DNA from: Candidatus Eiseniibacteriota bacterium
Lineage (GTDB): Bacteria > Eisenbacteria > RBG-16-71-46
Direction of reading: 5' to 3'
Assembly (NCBI GenBank): GCA_036507005.1
Contig: DASXQT010000010.1
Coordinates: forward strand, 285 to 64,284
DNA length: 64,000 nt
Shown: positions 54,433 through 64,000 of the stretch, piece by piece
Numbering within the stretch: position 1 is the stretch's first letter
Layout of the letters: every line of letters begins with the position of its first letter
Program-made: the position numbers and the translations under genes
Notes under the pieces: generated by a model
Told to the model about the DNA's origin: nothing
Databases searched by the model: none
Seen by the model: only the letters and a program-made list of their open reading frames with translations

Positions 54433-55707
54433 ATGGCAGTCGTCCGCTTCCTCCAGGTCTCCGACCTCCATCTCGGCCGCCCGTTCGGCTGGCTCTCGCC
54501 CGAGCGCCGGGCGGAGCGGCGCGCCGACCAGCGCCGCGCTCTCGAGCAGGCGGTGCGCGAAGCCATCGAGCGCGGCACCCACGCCATCCTCCTCCCCGGC
54601 GACCTGTTCGACGTCGAGGGCGCGGACGCGGCGACCATGGCGTTCGCGCTCAACGTGTTCGGCATCTCGGGCTGTCCCCCGGTGTTCATCGCCCCCGGCA
54701 ACCACGATCCGTGGTCCGAGGCGAGCCACCTGTGGAGCCCGCGCCTCCTCAAGGCGCGCGGCTGGGCATGGCCCCCGCACGTGCACGTCTTCACCACCCC
54801 GGGCTGGACCGGGAAGCGCCTGCCGGGGCTCCCGGCGGTGCGCATCTGGGGGCGCGCCTTCACCTCGCACGCCCAATCGAGCGAGCGGCCGCTGCGCGAG
54901 GGCTCGGTGATCCTCGCGGACTCGGCCGACGCCATGGGGCTCGAGGTCGCGGTCTTCCACGGCTCGCGCGAGGGCCTGTGCCCGCCGGGGCAGACGGTGA
55001 CCGCGCCGTTCTCGGACCGCGAGCTGACGAACTCGCCGTTCGGCTACCACGCGGTCGGGCACTACCACGTGCCATCGACCATCGAGCAAAGAGCCGCCGA
55101 GACGAGCGTCTCGACCTCGGGACGGGGCGTGGCCGGCGCCGCCTCGGCCGGCGTCCGCATGGCGTACGCGGGCTCGGCGATCGCGCTCGACACGGGGGAG
55201 ACCGGCGTCCACGGCGCGCTCGAGGTGCGGGTCGAGTACGAGCTGCGCCAGCCCCTGATCGAGATCCGGCCCGTCGAGCTCGACCCGCGCCGCGTGCACG
55301 CGCTCGAGGCCGACGTGACCGGAGCGGCGAGCGCCGAGCAGGTGGACGCGCGCGTCCAGCGCGCGATGGAGGAGGCGGGCGTGACCGAGCGCGACATCGT
55401 GACCGTGCGCCTCACCGGGCGGCTGGTGCACGGCGTGCGCTACGCCGGCCCCGGCGTAGCACTCAGGCCCCATGCGTTCCACCTGCGGGTGGACCTGCGC
55501 GCGGTGCGGCCGGACTACGACCTCGACGCCTACCGGCGGGCCGATCCCACCACCACCGAGGAGCGGTTCGCGGCCACCCTGCTCGCGAACCTCGAGGCCG
55601 AGCCGGATCCCGAGAAGCGGGCGCTGCTCGAGAGCGCCCTCTACTACGGGCTCGACGCGTTCCGGCTGCGCGAGGTGGTCCCGGGCTACGAGGAGCTGGG
55701 GGCGTGA
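54433..55707 (+). CDS. SbcD/Mre11-family DNA-repair exonuclease (YhaO/SbcF-like calcineurin-fold phosphoesterase)
   Basis: Metallophosphoesterase motifs VRFLQVSDLHLG, LLPGDLFD and APGNHD. The stop overlaps the ATPase start (GTGA). Confidence 0.8.
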   Translation: MAVVRFLQVSDLHLGRPFGWLSPERRAERRADQRRALEQAVREAIERGTHAILLPGDLFDVEGADAATMAFALNVFGISGCPPVFIAPGNHDPWSEASHLWSPRLLKARGWAWPPHVHVFTTPGWTGKRLPGLPAVRIWGRAFTSHAQSSERPLREGSVILADSADAMGLEVAVFHGSREGLCPPGQTVTAPFSDRELTNSPFGYHAVGHYHVPSTIEQRAAETSVSTSGRGVAGAASAGVRMAYAGSAIALDTGETGVHGALEVRVEYELRQPLIEIRPVELDPRRVHALEADVTGAASAEQVDARVQRAMEEAGVTERDIVTVRLTGRLVHGVRYAGPGVALRPHAFHLRVDLRAVRPDYDLDAYRRADPTTTEERFAATLLANLEAEPDPEKRALLESALYYGLDAFRLREVVPGYEELGA

Positions 55708-58622
55708 AGATCCACGCGCTCAAGGCCGACGGGTTCGGTGCGCTGCGCGGCGAGTTCCGCTTCGATCCCTCGCGCCTGAACCTGGTGGTGGGCGAGAACG
55801 AGCGCGGCAAGTCCACGCTGCTCGCCGCCGTGACCGCGGCCCTCTACGGGCTCGAGGTCGACCGCCGCAGCCATCGCGTGCTCACCCCGGCCGAGCGCTG
55901 GCGCCCGTGGGACGGCGGCGCCTACCGCCTCGAGCTCGAGGTCGAGCACGCAGGCGAGCGCTACACCATCCGCCGCGACTTCGAGTCGGGCACGGTCGAG
56001 GTGTGGACCGCGGACGGGCAGGAGGTGTCCGAGCGCTTCCGCAGCGGCAAGGAATCGTGGCCGATCGGCCAGCACCTGTTCGGCCTCAACGTCTGGGAGT
56101 TCGAGAAGTGCGCCCTGGTGCGCCAGGGCGAGCTGGAGTCGGTGGTGCCCTCGGACGAGAAGGGGCGCCGCAGCTCGACGCTCCACGCGCGCCTCGAGAG
56201 CGCGGCCGACACCTCGGTCGGGGACACCAACGCGGTCGAGGCCGCGCAGGTGCTCGAGGCGGCGGCCCAGGCCTACAACTGCGTGGAGCTCGGGAGCACG
56301 ATGAGGGTCGAGACCGCGATCGCGCGGCTCGAGCAGAAGCGCCTGGCGCTCGAGGGCGAGATCCAGGCGCTGGAGCGCGACTTCGAGAAGCTCTCGGGCC
56401 CGTTCGACGACCTGGTGCGGCTCGGCGAGAAGGAGGACGGCGCGCGCGAGGCCCTGGCCCGCATCGACAGCGAGCGCCGCGAGACCCTGGCCGCCGACGT
56501 GCGGCGCAAGCTCGCCGACAACGACGAGCGCCGGCGCGAGCTGGACGAGCTGCGCGCCGAGGCCGCGAAGCTCGCCTCGGCCGCGAAGATGCCCACCAAC
56601 GCCGAGGCCGAGCTGCGCGAGACCGTGGCGCGCCACGAGGAGGCGCAGCGCAATCTCGAGCAGCTCGAGACGCGGCGCGACGAGGAGCAGGCGCGCGAGC
56701 GCGGCAGCCTCGCGGCCGAGCTCGAGAGCCTCAAGGCGTACGCCTCGTGCGCGCCCGAGGACGCCGACCGGCTGGTGGCGATGGCGTCCGAGATCCGCCG
56801 CATCGCCGAGGAGGACGGCCGGGCGCGCACCGCGGTGTTCGAGTTGCGCGACTCGCTGGCCGGCCAGGGCCACGTCCCGGAGCGCCTCCAGTTCCTGAGC
56901 GGGCGCTTCCGCACGCTGCCCGAGGCCAAGCAGAAGCTGCTGCGCGGGCAGTTCGACATGCAGCTCCAGTTCCAGACCGAGGTCGCGGAGCTCGAGAAGG
57001 CCCGCACCGAGAGCACCGAGGCGCTGCGCGAGATCGAGGCGATGCGCAACGCCCGCCGCAGCCCGGGCTGGCTGCTGCTGGCGTTCGGCCTGGGCTCGAC
57101 GATCGCCGGCATCGTGCTGCTCGGGCTCCGGCTCCAGCCCGCGGTGTGGATCTCGCTGCTCGCGAGCGGCAGCGTCGTGCTCGGCACCGGCATCTGGCTG
57201 CTCAAGACCGGCGCCAACCTGCGCGAGGCCGATCGCGAGAACGCGTTGAGCCGCCTGGGCGACGCGCAGCGCCGGCTCAACCAGATCCGCATCCAGCGCA
57301 CCGAGAGCGAGAAGACGCTCAACGAAACCTCGCGCGCCCTCGGCTATCGCGACGCGATCGAGCTGATCCGCGACTGGAACGAGTACGTGCGCCTCACCGA
57401 GGAGAGCACGCCGGTGATGCGGGCCCAGGAGACGCTCGCCACCCTCGAGACGCAGCGCAAGCAGGTGCTGCAGGACGCGGGCGCGCTGCTCGCGCGCGCC
57501 GGCGGCGGGACGCCCGACCCCGCCCACCTCGAGCGCGCCGCGGCCGGCATCCGCCACCACCTCGCGGTGCGCCAGCGCCTCGCGGAGATGGAGAAGAGCT
57601 GGGGATGGATCGACCAGGAGAAGGGCGCCAACCAGGGCGCCGCCGCCGGGCTCAAGGAGCGCGCGATCCGCATCCTCCAGTCCGCCGGGATCACCTACGA
57701 CGCCGCGCGCGGCTGGCCCGAGCACATCGCCGAGCTGAGCCAGCGCTCGCGCGGGCGCTCGCGCCACACCACGCTGGTCGACGAGCTGATCCCGCAGGCC
57801 CAGCGCCGGCTGCTGCCCGAGCCGACCGTCGAGGAGCTGAAGAGCCAGCTCGACCTCCTGCTCGCCGAGCGCGGCAAGGGCATCGCCCCGGCCAAGGGCG
57901 CGGCTCCGCCGGCGGCGCGCGCGCAGGCCGAGATCGAGGTCGAGACCCGCAAGAATCGCGAGGAGCTGGAGGAGCTGCAGCGCAAGCGCTCCGACCTCAG
58001 GCTCCAGGTCGAGGAGGCGTGGCGCAAGCACCACGCCGAGCACCCGGAGAAGGTCGCCGAGCTCGAGCGCGTGGGCCGGGCCCTCGAGCGCGCGCGGCGC
58101 TTCAAGCACGCGATCGAGATCGCGCGCGAGACGATCCAGCGCGTGGCGCACGAGACCCACCGGCGCTGGGCCGAGTACCTGAACCAGCGCGTCACCCGGA
58201 TCCTCGCCGACCTCGGCGCGCAGGTCGAGGAGCTGCGCTTCGGCGAGGACCTCGACTTCTCGGTGCGCTTCGCGAACAGCCAGCCCGCGACGCGCGCGCG
58301 CGCCATGCTCCAGCTCTCGACCGGGGCGCGGGACCAGCTCTACCTGGCGCTGCGTCTCGCGATCAGCGAGTACCTGTCGCGCGGTGCCGACCCGCTGCCG
58401 CTGCTCGTGGACGACGCCTTCGCCACCAGCGACGACGAGCGCGCGCGCGAGGGCATGCGGCTCATGCTCGAGCACCTGTCGAAGAGCCACCAGATCATCT
58501 TCGTGACCTGCCACCGCCAGCGCTACGTGGGCTTCGCCGAGCAGGACGCGGCGCTCTACGGCGAGCGCGTCCACTGGCTGGATCCGGTCGCCACCTCGGG
58601 CGTGGCGCCGGAGCAGGGGTAG
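55704..58622 (+). CDS. SbcC/Rad50-like AAA ATPase with central membrane hairpin (YhaN/SbcE-like)
   Basis: N-terminal Walker A NLVVGENERGKSTLL. Long coiled coils flank a 2-TM insert (WLLLAFGLGSTIAGIVLLGL...ISLLASGSVVLGTGIWLL). The C-terminal signature/Walker B/D-loop is LSTGARDQLYLALRLA...PLPLLVDDAFATSDDER. Confidence 0.8.
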   Translation: MKIHALKADGFGALRGEFRFDPSRLNLVVGENERGKSTLLAAVTAALYGLEVDRRSHRVLTPAERWRPWDGGAYRLELEVEHAGERYTIRRDFESGTVEVWTADGQEVSERFRSGKESWPIGQHLFGLNVWEFEKCALVRQGELESVVPSDEKGRRSSTLHARLESAADTSVGDTNAVEAAQVLEAAAQAYNCVELGSTMRVETAIARLEQKRLALEGEIQALERDFEKLSGPFDDLVRLGEKEDGAREALARIDSERRETLAADVRRKLADNDERRRELDELRAEAAKLASAAKMPTNAEAELRETVARHEEAQRNLEQLETRRDEEQARERGSLAAELESLKAYASCAPEDADRLVAMASEIRRIAEEDGRARTAVFELRDSLAGQGHVPERLQFLSGRFRTLPEAKQKLLRGQFDMQLQFQTEVAELEKARTESTEALREIEAMRNARRSPGWLLLAFGLGSTIAGIVLLGLRLQPAVWISLLASGSVVLGTGIWLLKTGANLREADRENALSRLGDAQRRLNQIRIQRTESEKTLNETSRALGYRDAIELIRDWNEYVRLTEESTPVMRAQETLATLETQRKQVLQDAGALLARAGGGTPDPAHLERAAAGIRHHLAVRQRLAEMEKSWGWIDQEKGANQGAAAGLKERAIRILQSAGITYDAARGWPEHIAELSQRSRGRSRHTTLVDELIPQAQRRLLPEPTVEELKSQLDLLLAERGKGIAPAKGAAPPAARAQAEIEVETRKNREELEELQRKRSDLRLQVEEAWRKHHAEHPEKVAELERVGRALERARRFKHAIEIARETIQRVAHETHRRWAEYLNQRVTRILADLGAQVEELRFGEDLDFSVRFANSQPATRARAMLQLSTGARDQLYLALRLAISEYLSRGADPLPLLVDDAFATSDDERAREGMRLMLEHLSKSHQIIFVTCHRQRYVGFAEQDAALYGERVHWLDPVATSGVAPEQG

Positions 58623-58761
58623 GGCAGGCGCGTTCTCGGCAAGGCCGCCGGAGCGGGACTTGCCCGCCAGCAGCACTCACGCCCACACCGGTCCGTCTTT
58701 CTTCATGGTGCCCCGCCCGGGTAGACTGCGCGCCCCACGCGATCCCATGTGGAGGAGAACC

Positions 58762-60957
58762 ATGCGCGCACGCTGGATCCCCGGCTTCTGGTTGCTCGCC
58801 GCCCTCATCGTGGCGCCCGCGCCCTGCGCGAGCGCGGCCGCCACCGGCGCCGACGCCATCTCGGGCTTCCGCGCCGCCGACGCCGCGACCGAGCGCGCGC
58901 GCGAGGCGACGCTCGCGGCCTCGATCCGGCCCGACACGCTGCGCCGCCACCTGCGGGTGCTGAGCGAGGTGCCGCACGTGGCGGGGACACCCGCCGACCT
59001 CGCCACCGCCGAGTACGTGCGCGGGCGGCTCGCTGTCTACGGCTGGGACGCCCGGATCGAGCCGGTCCCGGTCTACCTCAACTACCCGACGGTGTCGCGA
59101 CTCGCGCTGGTCGAGCCGTTCGATCAGGCGCTCGCCACGCGCGAGACCGGCCAGCCATGGGACAAGGACGCCTACGACGGCGCGGCCTTCGACGCGTTCC
59201 ATGGCTACGGTGCTTCGGGGAACGTGACCGCCCCGGCGATCTACGCGAACTACGGCGAGGTGGACGACCTGAAGAAGCTCGCCGAGCTCGGCATCGACGT
59301 GCGCGGCGCGATCGTGCTGGTGCGCTACGGCAAGATCTTCCGCGGGCTCAAGGTGCGCAACGCCGAGCGCGCCGGGGCCGCGGGCGTGGTGATCTTCAGC
59401 GACCCCGCGGACGACGGCTTTGCCAAGGGCGATCCCTACCCGCGCGGCCAGGGGCGCCCCGAGGACGCGATCCAGCGCGGCAGCGTGCAGTTCCTCTCCG
59501 AAGGCCCGGGCGATCCCACCACGCCCGGCTGGGGCTCGGCGGCGGGCGGCAAGCGCCTCAAGCCCTCCGAGGTGCGCGGCATCCCGAGGATCCCCTCGCT
59601 CCCGATCGCATGGGGCGAGGCGAAGAAGATCCTCGAAGCGCTCGAAGGCCCGGTGGTCCCCGCCGGCTGGCAGGGCGGGCTCCCGCTCACCTACCACGTC
59701 GGCCCCGGGCCCGCGAAGCTCCACCTCGAGACCGCGCACGACTACGCGGTGCGCCCGATCTGGAACGTGATCGCGACCTTGAAGGGGCGCGAGGCGCCCG
59801 ACCAGTGGGTGATGTGCGGCAACCACCGCGACGCGTGGACCTACGGGGCGGTCGATCCCAACAGCGGGACCACGACGATGCTCGAGATGGCGCGCGCGAT
59901 CGGCGCGCTCGCGAAGAGCGGGTGGCGCCCGCGGCGGACGATCGTGCTGGGCTCGTGGGACGGGGAGGAGTACGGGCTTCTGGGCTCGACCGAGTGGGGC
60001 GAGGGGCACGCCGAGGAGCTGGCGAAGAAGGCGGTCGCCTACCTCAACGTGGACGTGGCCGTGATCGGGCGGGATTTCGGCGCCTCGGGCGGCCACGCGC
60101 TGCGTGATGCGCTGGCGGAGGCGCTCGCCGATGTGCGCGACCCCGGCAAGGGCGTGAGCCTGATGAAGTCGTGGAGCGACCGGGGCGAGGGCGACCAGCG
60201 CGCCGAGTGGGCCCGCAAGAACCGCGAGCGGCGCTGGCGCGGCGAGCCCGAGCGCGCCTTCGAGATGGACGTCACTCCGCTCGGCAGCGGCTCCGACTTC
60301 ACCTGTCTCGTGGACCACCTCGGGGTGCCCGCGCTCGACTTCGGCTTCGGCGGGCTCAACGGCATCTACCACTCGCTCTACGACGACTTCGAGTTCGTGG
60401 ACCGCGTGCTCGACCCCGGCTTCGCGGTCCACTCCACGATGGTGGACCTGTGGTCGCGGCTCACGCTCAGGCTGGCCGAGGCCGAGGCGGTCCCGCTCCA
60501 CTACTCGCGCACCGCGCAGTTCGTGCTGGACGAGATCCAGTCGCTCGAGGAGCGCGCCGACGACGCCAACGCCGGGATCGCGGACAGCCTGAAGCTCAGG
60601 GCCGACCTCGCGCCGCTGCGCGCCGCGGCCACCCGGCTGCGCGACGCGGCACGCGCGCTCGAAACGCGTACGGCGGCGGCGCTCGGCGGCGGCGCGTGGC
60701 CGGGCGGGAGCGCCGCGGCGCTCAACTCCGCGCTGATCGGCGTGGAGCGCGCCTTCCTCGGCGCCGGGCTTCCGGGCCGGCCGTGGTTCCGCCACGAGAT
60801 CTACGCTCCGGGCCTCAACACCGGCTACGCCGGCACGCCGCTCCCGCGGCTCGCGCAGGCGGTGCTCGACAAGGACCCGAAGGCGTGGCGCGAAGGGGTG
60901 GCGCCGATCCGCGCCGCGCTCGAGCGCGCCGCCGCGGCGATCGAGGGCGTGAAATAG
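58762..60957 (+). CDS. M28-family peptidase with PA domain (glutamate-carboxypeptidase-II/transferrin-receptor-like)
   Basis: SD GGAGGAG. Signal peptide MRARWIPGFWLLAALIVAPAPCASA. The PA domain has AIVLVRYGKIFRGLKVRNAERAGAAGVVIFSDP. Zinc-ligand region HRDAW...GSWDGEEYGLLGSTEW. A TfR-like dimerisation C-terminus is present. Confidence 0.85.
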   Translation: MRARWIPGFWLLAALIVAPAPCASAAATGADAISGFRAADAATERAREATLAASIRPDTLRRHLRVLSEVPHVAGTPADLATAEYVRGRLAVYGWDARIEPVPVYLNYPTVSRLALVEPFDQALATRETGQPWDKDAYDGAAFDAFHGYGASGNVTAPAIYANYGEVDDLKKLAELGIDVRGAIVLVRYGKIFRGLKVRNAERAGAAGVVIFSDPADDGFAKGDPYPRGQGRPEDAIQRGSVQFLSEGPGDPTTPGWGSAAGGKRLKPSEVRGIPRIPSLPIAWGEAKKILEALEGPVVPAGWQGGLPLTYHVGPGPAKLHLETAHDYAVRPIWNVIATLKGREAPDQWVMCGNHRDAWTYGAVDPNSGTTTMLEMARAIGALAKSGWRPRRTIVLGSWDGEEYGLLGSTEWGEGHAEELAKKAVAYLNVDVAVIGRDFGASGGHALRDALAEALADVRDPGKGVSLMKSWSDRGEGDQRAEWARKNRERRWRGEPERAFEMDVTPLGSGSDFTCLVDHLGVPALDFGFGGLNGIYHSLYDDFEFVDRVLDPGFAVHSTMVDLWSRLTLRLAEAEAVPLHYSRTAQFVLDEIQSLEERADDANAGIADSLKLRADLAPLRAAATRLRDAARALETRTAAALGGGAWPGGSAAALNSALIGVERAFLGAGLPGRPWFRHEIYAPGLNTGYAGTPLPRLAQAVLDKDPKAWREGVAPIRAALERAAAAIEGVK

Positions 60958-61033
60958 GCGCGGGCGGTGCGCCGCGCACGCGGCGGAACGAGCAGGCGCC
61001 GAAAGACATGCGCGCCGCGCCCGGAGAATTGAC

Positions 61034-61064
61034 TTGACCCTCGGTCGACGGGAGCTAGCATTTT
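61034..61064 (+). promoter_or_regulatory. candidate promoter: TTGACC-N16-TAGCATTTTG
   Basis: TTGACC 61034-61039. TAGCAT 61056-61061 is followed by TTTG. The motif is shared with 40705-40735, including the GCTAGC(R)TTTTG core. It lies ~100 nt upstream of the phosphoesterase start. Confidence 0.3.
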
Positions 61065-61161
61065 GTGCGCTCGGCTCCGTGTCGAGTGGCCGCATCTGCG
61101 GCTTCACCCCACTTCGAGCCGGTCCCTACTCAGATGCGTGGCCGCGCGTCCGGGAGGAACC

Positions 61162-62301
61162 ATGTGCAAGCTCCCCTCGCTTTATCTCCTGCTGTTCGGC
61201 GCCGCGTTTTCCCCCACCATTTCTGCGGCCGCCGGCCCTCCCGCTCTCGATCACGTGATCGTGGTGGTGATGGAGAACCACACGTACGACCAGGTGCGCA
61301 CCGCTAGCTACACCGCGAGCTTGATCCGGAACTACACCTCCTTCTCCAAGTCCTACGCCCTCACCCATCCTTCCCAGCCCAACTACCTCGCGCTCTGGGC
61401 CGCCACGACGCAGGGCGTCACCAACGACAACTGTCCCGCGCCGGGCTCGCCCTACACCGACGAAAACCTCGGACACGCGATCCAGGTGGCGGGCAAGAGG
61501 TGGAAGGCCTACTCCGAGAATCTGCCGTCGGCCGGCAGCACCGCGTGCACCGCCTCGAGCTCCCTCTACACCCGCAAGCACGATCCCTGGACCAACTACT
61601 CGAACTGCAACCACGCCTGGGAGGTTCCCTATGGCCAGCTCGCCACCGACATCGCCGCCGGCACGCTCCCGGACCTGGCGTTCGTCATTCCGAACAATTG
61701 CGACAACACCCACGATTGCTCGGTCTCGACCGGCGACGCCTGGCTCGCGAGCAACCTGCCGTCGATGATCTCCGCGGTGGGCCCGCGCGGACTGGTCATC
61801 CTCACGTGGGACGAGGACGACAAGAACCACGGCAACCACATCCTCACCGTCTTCGCCGGACCGGTGGTGAAGACGAACTACGTCTCGAGCACCACCATCA
61901 CGCACTACACCCTGGTGCGTACGATCTGCGACGCGCTCGGGATCGGCGCCTTCGCCAACGCGGCGACGGAGAGCGGCGTGAGCGACGTGTGGAACACCAC
62001 CACGGACGTGCCGCCGGCGGTCGTCGCGGGTGCCAGGCTCGGCGAGCCCCGTCCCAACCCCTTCCGCGGCTCGGTCTCGGCCACGCTCGAGCTGGAGGAT
62101 GCGTCCTGGATCGAGGCCGCGATCTACGACCTCGAAGGCCGGCGGGTGCGGTGGCTCGTCTCGGGTACCCGGCAGGGCGCGGTCGAGGTCCAATGGGACG
62201 GGACGCGCGACGACGGCGGCGCGGCGCCCGGGGGCCTCTACTTCCTGCGCGTCGAGGTGGCGGGCGCGGTGCTGGAGAGAAGGCTGGTCCGCGTTCGTTG
62301 A
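61162..62301 (+). CDS. secreted phosphoesterase-family protein (PLC/acid-phosphatase-like, PF04185) with T9SS-type C-terminal sorting domain
   Basis: SD GGGAGG. Signal peptide MCKLPSLYLLLFGAAFSPTISAAAG. DHVIVVVMENHTYDQV and SQPNYLALWAATTQG are phosphoesterase-family motifs. The C-terminal CTD is PNPFRGSVSATLEL...IYDLEGRRVRWL...VQWDGTRDDGGAAPGGLYFLRVEVAGAVLERRLVRVR. Confidence 0.8.
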   Translation: MCKLPSLYLLLFGAAFSPTISAAAGPPALDHVIVVVMENHTYDQVRTASYTASLIRNYTSFSKSYALTHPSQPNYLALWAATTQGVTNDNCPAPGSPYTDENLGHAIQVAGKRWKAYSENLPSAGSTACTASSSLYTRKHDPWTNYSNCNHAWEVPYGQLATDIAAGTLPDLAFVIPNNCDNTHDCSVSTGDAWLASNLPSMISAVGPRGLVILTWDEDDKNHGNHILTVFAGPVVKTNYVSSTTITHYTLVRTICDALGIGAFANAATESGVSDVWNTTTDVPPAVVAGARLGEPRPNPFRGSVSATLELEDASWIEAAIYDLEGRRVRWLVSGTRQGAVEVQWDGTRDDGGAAPGGLYFLRVEVAGAVLERRLVRVR

Positions 62302-62364
62302 CCCGGCTGCGGGCCGGACGTGGGGGCAGGCGCTCACCGCGGACGGTGGTATCCTGATACGACC

Positions 62365-63558
62365 ATGCGTCCCGTGGCCGCCGTACTCTGCCTGCTCGCC
62401 CTCTCGGCCTCCGGCTGCGCCAAGTCGAGATCGCACCCGACTGCTCCGCAGCCGCTGGGCCAGGGCACCCCGCTCGGCGCGGCGGGCGCGTTCCTGAGTG
62501 GCAACCACTTCGTATGGTCGGCGCTCACGAACGAGATCGTAGGATCGGGGGACATTTCCACCCTCTCGCTGGTCGCGATGCACGGGACGACCGGGGCCAC
62601 TCGGGTGCTCGACAGCGCGGCCGCGCTGCTGCCGGTCGCGCCCGCGGCCGGAACGCCGGTGTACTACGAGGCGCTCCTGCTCGACCCTACGCTCACCGGC
62701 AACGACAGCGTTGCGCTGCGACGGGTGTCGCTCGGCGGCGGAGCGCCGGTGCAGCTCGACGCAATACCAGGGCTCGAATTGTATGCCCACGAGATCTCCG
62801 GCGACGGCGACTGGCTGGCCTGGGGGCGCACGATCGGCCTCTTCACTTCCGATTCCCTCGTGATCGAAGCAACCGCGACCGGCGCGCGGAGTCGCATCGA
62901 GCCCGGCTTCCCCATCCTGGTTTCCCCGGACGGTTCGCAGTTTCTCTACCGCACCGATCTCCTGCCCGGCATGAAGCTCCGGGACCGCGTCGCCGGCACG
63001 AGCGCGCCGTTCGACCTCGGATTGCCGGCAGACGCGCGCCTCGCGGGGATGCGGTGGGACGCGGGCGGCCTGCATGCGCTGTACCTCCTGGGCAAGGGGC
63101 AGCTCCACGTCCGGCACCTCGCGAGCGGCACCTCGGAGGCGCTCTATTCGGCGAGCGACAGCCTGGTATCGATTTCGGGCACCTGGTCCCCGAACGGCGC
63201 GCGCGTGGCGCTGTGGAGCGATGTCCCCGCCGTCGAACCGGCGCACACGGTGTCGCTGCACGTCGTGGACGTCGCGGCGAAGAACGGCGCCGTGGTCGCC
63301 ACGGGCAGCGTCACCGCGTCGCCCGGTTTCCCGCTCCTCCTCGGGGCGATCGCGTTCTCGCCCGACTCGAGGCGGGTCGCCTACCAGTACGCCGATCAGG
63401 TGTTCACGCACGATTTTCCGGTGGCGACGGCCGCGGCCCCGGGGTTCGTCTCGCTGGCCGGCGGCGCCGCGCTCGCGGCCCGGTCGCCGAGCGAGGTCGC
63501 GCGGCTCGCGATCGCCAGGGCGCGGGCCGTCTCCGTACGAGCGCGGCTCTCGCCTTGA
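62365..63558 (+). CDS. lipoprotein, TolB/WD40-like beta-propeller (hypothetical)
   Basis: Lipobox LALSASGCAK after MRPVAAVLCL. Repeated SPDG/SPNG/SPDS beta-propeller blade motifs (LVSPDGSQFLY; WSPNGARVAL; FSPDSRRVAY). Confidence 0.7.
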   Translation: MRPVAAVLCLLALSASGCAKSRSHPTAPQPLGQGTPLGAAGAFLSGNHFVWSALTNEIVGSGDISTLSLVAMHGTTGATRVLDSAAALLPVAPAAGTPVYYEALLLDPTLTGNDSVALRRVSLGGGAPVQLDAIPGLELYAHEISGDGDWLAWGRTIGLFTSDSLVIEATATGARSRIEPGFPILVSPDGSQFLYRTDLLPGMKLRDRVAGTSAPFDLGLPADARLAGMRWDAGGLHALYLLGKGQLHVRHLASGTSEALYSASDSLVSISGTWSPNGARVALWSDVPAVEPAHTVSLHVVDVAAKNGAVVATGSVTASPGFPLLLGAIAFSPDSRRVAYQYADQVFTHDFPVATAAAPGFVSLAGGAALAARSPSEVARLAIARARAVSVRARLSP

Positions 63559-63751
63559 CCGGCGCGGCCCCACGTCAAGCCGAGATCAAAGATAGGGCGC
63601 GCCCGCAGGATTTCGTGGTGCGCGGTGCCTCCGTGGCGTAGCTTCCCGCGCGGCCGGAGAACGCCGGGCGAAGGGATGCACGGCGCGACGAACGAGGCAT
63701 GGAAGCGAAGAACGCCGGCGCCGAATCATCGGCCGGCACGGGAGGAACATC

Positions 63752-64000
63752 ATGGCGAAGGTGAGTCCGATTCCCTCGGGGAGCCACTCGATCACCGCGG
63801 GCCTGGTGGTCAAGAACGGCAAGAAGGCGATCGAGTTCTACAAGAAGGCCTTCAGCGCCAAGCAGCTGGGCGTGATGCTCACGCCGGACGGCGGCGTCAT
63901 GCATGCCGAGCTCAAGATCGGCGACAGCAAGTTCTACCTGGGCGACGAGACCCCCGAGATGGGCGCGGTGTCCCCGCAGACGCTGGGGGGCTCCGCGGTG
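63752..64000 (+). CDS. VOC-family (glyoxalase/PhnB-like) protein, partial (runs off the window end)
   Basis: SD GGGAGGA. MAKVSPIPSGSHSITAGLVVKNGKKAIEFYKKAFSAKQLGVMLTPDGGVMHAELKIGDSKFYLGDE matches the PhnB/YecM-type VOC beta-alpha-beta-beta-beta module. Confidence 0.6.
   Translation, partial: MAKVSPIPSGSHSITAGLVVKNGKKAIEFYKKAFSAKQLGVMLTPDGGVMHAELKIGDSKFYLGDETPEMGAVSPQTLGGSAV

Noticed and set aside
53673-58622. 1649-aa ORF read as one protein
   Set aside because: It is a six-frame fusion. Real genes begin at 54433 (SbcD-like, different frame) and 55704 (ATPase). The upstream 53673-54432 portion is antisense to the TPR protein gene.
62298-62360. TTGACC at 62298 as a promoter for the lipoprotein gene
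   Set aside because: No -10-like element lies at a workable spacing. The nearest TATCCT is 46 nt away. It is left unannotated.

Overview
This is a very GC-rich (~70%) bacterial chromosomal segment that is densely coding on both strands. Most long six-frame ORFs are antisense artefacts of the GC content. I picked genes by recognisable protein signatures, signal peptides or lipoboxes, Shine-Dalgarno sequences and gene-junction overlaps.

Content, start to end:
- A DUF4838 lipoprotein, then a gamma-glutamylcyclotransferase-like gene whose stop overlaps the start of argJ (GTGA).
- Chorismate-derived metabolism is represented twice: a chorismate mutase/prephenate dehydrogenase fusion, and a pabB-pabC pair further on.
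- Three DinB-family paralogs are scattered across the window.
- An alpha-glucan phosphorylase sits next to a BoxB-like di-iron oxygenase.
- Two GNAT acetyltransferases, two tandem amidohydrolases and a PhzF isomerase.
- Secreted proteins: a TPR protein, MsrP-like molybdoenzyme plus cytochrome b, a FAD/BBE oxidase, beta-propellers, outer-membrane barrels, a MATE transporter, an SbcD/SbcC-like (YhaO/YhaN-type) nuclease pair, an M28 peptidase and a phosphoesterase.
- Endonuclease III is followed by three tandem paralogous genes for a polytopic membrane domain fused to C-terminal TPRs.
- Three secreted enzymes end in a Por/T9SS-type C-terminal sorting domain, which suggests an FCB-superphylum-like organism.

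Features of special interest:
1. A full-length MerB (organomercurial lyase) homolog carries an in-frame TGA that aligns with the catalytic Cys159 position. A GGUC-looped hairpin lies 14 nt downstream. It sits directly after a DinB/YfiT-like gene. This is a candidate selenocysteine-MerB, or alternatively a pseudogene.
2. A lower-GC ~3.4 kb islet (47.8-51.25 kb) carries a decayed tyrosine integrase, a 5' fragment of tRNA-Ser(CGA), a TIGR02391/Hypoth_Ymh protein and two unknown membrane proteins.
3. Two adjacent secreted proteins share an extreme C-terminal motif, WG-x-LK-x-[LI]-YR.
4. A ~48-nt inverted repeat links the 5' end of a DUF222-like gene at the window start to an intergenic region at 28 kb that also holds two 20-nt palindromes.
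5. A CBM4_9/beta-helix secreted gene is frameshifted.
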